From positions 1 through 35,572 of the forward strand of contig FLMG01002106.1 of the NCBI GenBank assembly GCA_900088475.1: a stretch of 35,572 nt of DNA. Reading direction: 5' to 3'. Of the stretch, positions 32,917-35,572 are shown one piece after another; the stretch's first letter is position 1; each line of letters opens with the position of its first letter. The notes below the pieces were generated by a model. It did not search any database. It was not told the origin of the DNA and was given only the letters and a program-made list of their open reading frames with translations. The position numbers and the translations under genes were made by a program. Source of the DNA: Hyphochytrium catenoides (lineage: Eukaryota; Protista; Hyphochytriomycota).

Positions 32917-34919
32917 TCAGTAACCATGGCGAGGGCTATAAGATAAAGACTGCGGGTAGGCCGAGGAAGAAAGAGAGACGGAAAGAGAGGAGATACGCGG
33001 TACTCCTTGCTTGTGTACGGAAGATCGACCCTAGGGTCCCTATCGCTGCTAGCCGTACCTCCTCTCTTTGCTGCGGCTCCGTCGTCGATCTCCTCCTCCT
33101 CCATACTTGTCTCCTCCACCGCCTCCATACTTGTCTCCCCCGCCTCCACCGCCGCCGTACTTATCTGCCCCTCGTCCTCCTCCATATCTATCTCCTCCTC
33201 CATATTTGTCGCCGCCCCCATAGCGATCCCCTCCGCCTCCGTAGCGATCTCCGCCTCTGTTGCCGCCTCTGTCTCCGCCACGGAAGCGGTCGCCTCCCCG
33301 CTCACGGCTGCGACTTCTTCTACGCCTATCGTCTCCTCTTCTGCCCCCATCGCCGAAGCGTTTCTCCCCTCCCCGATAGTTGTCGCGCCCTCCTCCTCCG
33401 TGAGACCGAGAGTTGCGATCTTGTGAGCGACTTCTAGCTCTTTCTTTCTCCGTCCCTGGAGGGGGATCCCTGAGATAAATAGTGTCAGACAATTAGCCCT
33501 GTGCACTTCTCTCTCAGAGTGTCTTTCTCCTCTGTTGCTCTTTGAAGCTGATCGTTAGACCCCCAGGAGATCCAAAGTTAGCCTTACCTTCCTGACATCT
33601 TCACATTGACATCTTCGCCGCCCGCTCGTGTACCTCCAAGTCCTCCGCCTGGTCAAGTAGGGGAAAGAGACCAAAACACTGTTAGGCAAGATAAATAGAT
33701 AGAGGCATAGAACCAATGGCAGCAAAGAGTAGTATCTCCTACTCAGAGCTTTCTAAAAGAGAAAAACTGTCTAAGGGCGAACCTAGAGCATTCTAGGCGG
33801 ATAGACACGTAGAGATACGGGCTCAGAAATTGTCTATACATTGCCCCTTACCTAGCCTCCTTGGCAGCCAGTTTCTCACGGTTCTTCCTCTTTCAACGTC
33901 CACCAACACTCTTCTGCCGTCTATCTTCCGCCCATCCGCATACTTAAATGCCGATCTCATGTCTGGTTCTCTCTCAAACTCTATGAAGGCATATCCGCGG
34001 CTGTCTCCCTCTAGATCTTGCACGAGTCTGAGGCTTTTGATTGGACCAAACTGCTCAAATTCTCTCCTCAGCTTCTTCTCGTCCGTGTCATAGCTCAGAC
34101 GGCCTACAAATAGCGTGTTGTACGCATTCTCCGTTGCCTTTTCATTGTTGTTGGGCTCCCCTAGGAAGAAGGAGAAACTCAGCACAAGCTCAAGACCAAA
34201 GAGAAGCAAAGCAGGGAGAATAATAGAGTGAGATCAAGAATAGAGGAAACTCATGGACCTCAGGAGGGGTAAAGCCAGCAACTGCATAAGAAACCACCGA
34301 CGACAGGAAAGATCAAGGCAGAATCTGGTGGTGCAGGGAAAACTCCTTCTCTCTTCTGCTACAGCCCCGTTACGCTGCATTCAATATTGTCTGTTCTTAC
34401 ATTCTGCCTTGAGCTGCTCATTCTTCGCTTCATTTTCTTTCAACTTAGCATTGCGGATTCGCTCGTGCCGCTGCTTCGGAGTCTCCTGGATGATGCGCTC
34501 GGGCGGTGGCCCGCTCTCAAACTGAGAGAAGAGAAGAAGAGCAGAAGGAAAAGGGGTGCCAAAAGAGTGTCAAAGGAGAGAACTGCCGATTTGCACCTCT
34601 CTAAAAGAGGGTGTCGCATCGTCGCACAGGGCTATAAAAGAAGCATTATCGACAAAACCAGAGCTCATTGAAATGGGATGTTGCCCTTCTCGTTGTTACT
34701 TTTCCCTCTCATGCTCCTTACCTGATCCAGGAAATCGGCAACGCCAGTATATGCCCGAGGTTTCTTCTTTGTGATCGGTGGATGGTAGGGCAGAGGCGGC
34801 CCAGCCTCAAACATCATCTTCAGGTGTGGAGGAAGGTGTGCAATGGGAGGGCCTGCTCCTGAAGAGGACATTTGGCCCTTAGGCGTCATCCGCCTTTCGC
34901 GCATTTGCCCTCTGTCCAT
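32917..34919 (-). CDS. SNRNP70: U1 small nuclear ribonucleoprotein 70 kDa
   Basis: [17 protein letters not shown]...[10 protein letters not shown]|FE; W|[41 protein letters not shown]; RNP1 [10 protein letters not shown]; [29 protein letters not shown]|GGLGGTR; RS/RD/G-rich tail. Stop is 33049 if unspliced, or 32917 if intron 32936-33058 is removed. Confidence 0.96.
33085..33295 (-). repeat. Coding tandem repeat (D[RK]YGGG)n in the U1-70K tail
   Basis: Seven DRY/DKY units separated by glycine runs in ORF 33049..33492. Confidence 0.85.
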
Positions 34920-35533
34920 CCTTCCAAGAGTTAACTCAACGCCTTCAAACGCCCACTTCTCTAGTCTTTATGTGACTATGACCAAGGAGCTCCACCTCTA
35001 TCCTATACGTAAATATTCAGAAGACAGCTTCCACCTCTGTCTGATGCGCCAGAGATTCTCCGTTCGAAGCGAGCTGTTGCTGTCTGCCGCTGCTCAACAG
35101 ATTACCTTTTGAAGCTTCAGATCTGGAGCTTTCATTATGGAGACAGAGCTCCAGAGATGCGAAGTCGAGGCAGAGCCGCCGATTGCCGTCAACGCGAGAC
35201 ATCCCACCCACCCTTAGATCCCGTCGCCAATATACTCTCCGAAACCTTGGCTGATATGCATACCCACTCTTGAAAGATTCAATTGTAATCTACATGAAAA
35301 GATGACAATCTGGTGCTAATAAGGGAGAGGTATGCGTCTAGAGAAAGATATGCAACTTAAAAAACGTTATTTTGCATTGTCTCCAGAGATTGTCGCTTGA
35401 CTCAATGTTGTTCTTATAGTGATGAAGACCTACGGCCTTATCAATACGGTACTCCGTATCTACCATTTCAAAACGCGACAATAAAAGGAATACAGTTGCA
35501 TTATTTAGCCGGCTTCCAAAGCTTTGGCAAGCT

Positions 35534-35572
35534 TCAATCTTCATGATCTTCATCTGCATCTGGATCTTCATC
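35534..35572 (-). CDS. Probable last codons of a neighbouring gene with an acidic tail (partial)
   Basis: From the window end the minus strand reads DEDPDADEDHED-TGA, followed by AT-richer UTR-like sequence. Confidence 0.45.
   Translation of the reverse strand, partial: DEDPDADEDHED

Noticed and set aside
32604-33506. Long ORFs 32604..33437 (+), 33007..33426 (+) and 32736..33506 (-)
   Set aside because: Antisense or alternate-frame shadows of the stop-poor Gly/Arg repeat exon of U1-70K.
35338-35571. 77-aa ORF MKIQMQMKIM...
   Set aside because: Better explained as the off-frame reading of an acidic tail (DEDPDADEDHED-stop) plus 3' UTR.
1-35572. Stop-codon reassignment suggested by fragmented ORFs
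   Set aside because: U1-70K, TRMO, myotubularin and the WD40 gene splice into stop-free frames, use TGG for conserved Trp, and end in TAG or TGA.
1-35572. Transposons, viral inserts, tRNA or rRNA genes
   Set aside because: No transposase, RT, integrase or capsid motifs, terminal repeats, cloverleafs or rRNA-like sequence recognised by eye; a covariance-model scan was not possible.

Overview
Eukaryotic nuclear DNA from an intron-rich, gene-dense protist (stramenopile-like by impression only), standard genetic code, with two assembly gaps next to GA/CT microsatellites. Most short ORFs in the track are exon fragments or antisense shadows, so gene models were spliced by hand. Confident genes: an ~11 kb minus-strand gene for a WD40 + five fibronectin type III + C-terminal IQ-motif protein (1826-12743), an intronless Mpv17/PMP22 gene, a coiled-coil + WD40 gene, a catalytically intact myotubularin, a TRMO/TsaA tRNA methyltransferase and U1 snRNP 70K. 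Three multi-exon hypothetical genes (one weakly CENP-N-like) and two partial genes at the window edges are less certain. I found no prokaryote-type system, transposon, CRISPR array or RNA gene. The best leads are the WD40-FN3-IQ architecture with split FN3 domains, several splicing oddities (two GC-AG introns, an intron whose ends mimic its flanking exons, a branch-point minisatellite, ~37-nt introns, a possible alternative U1-70K tail) and a central block of short-intron, microsatellite-free genes.
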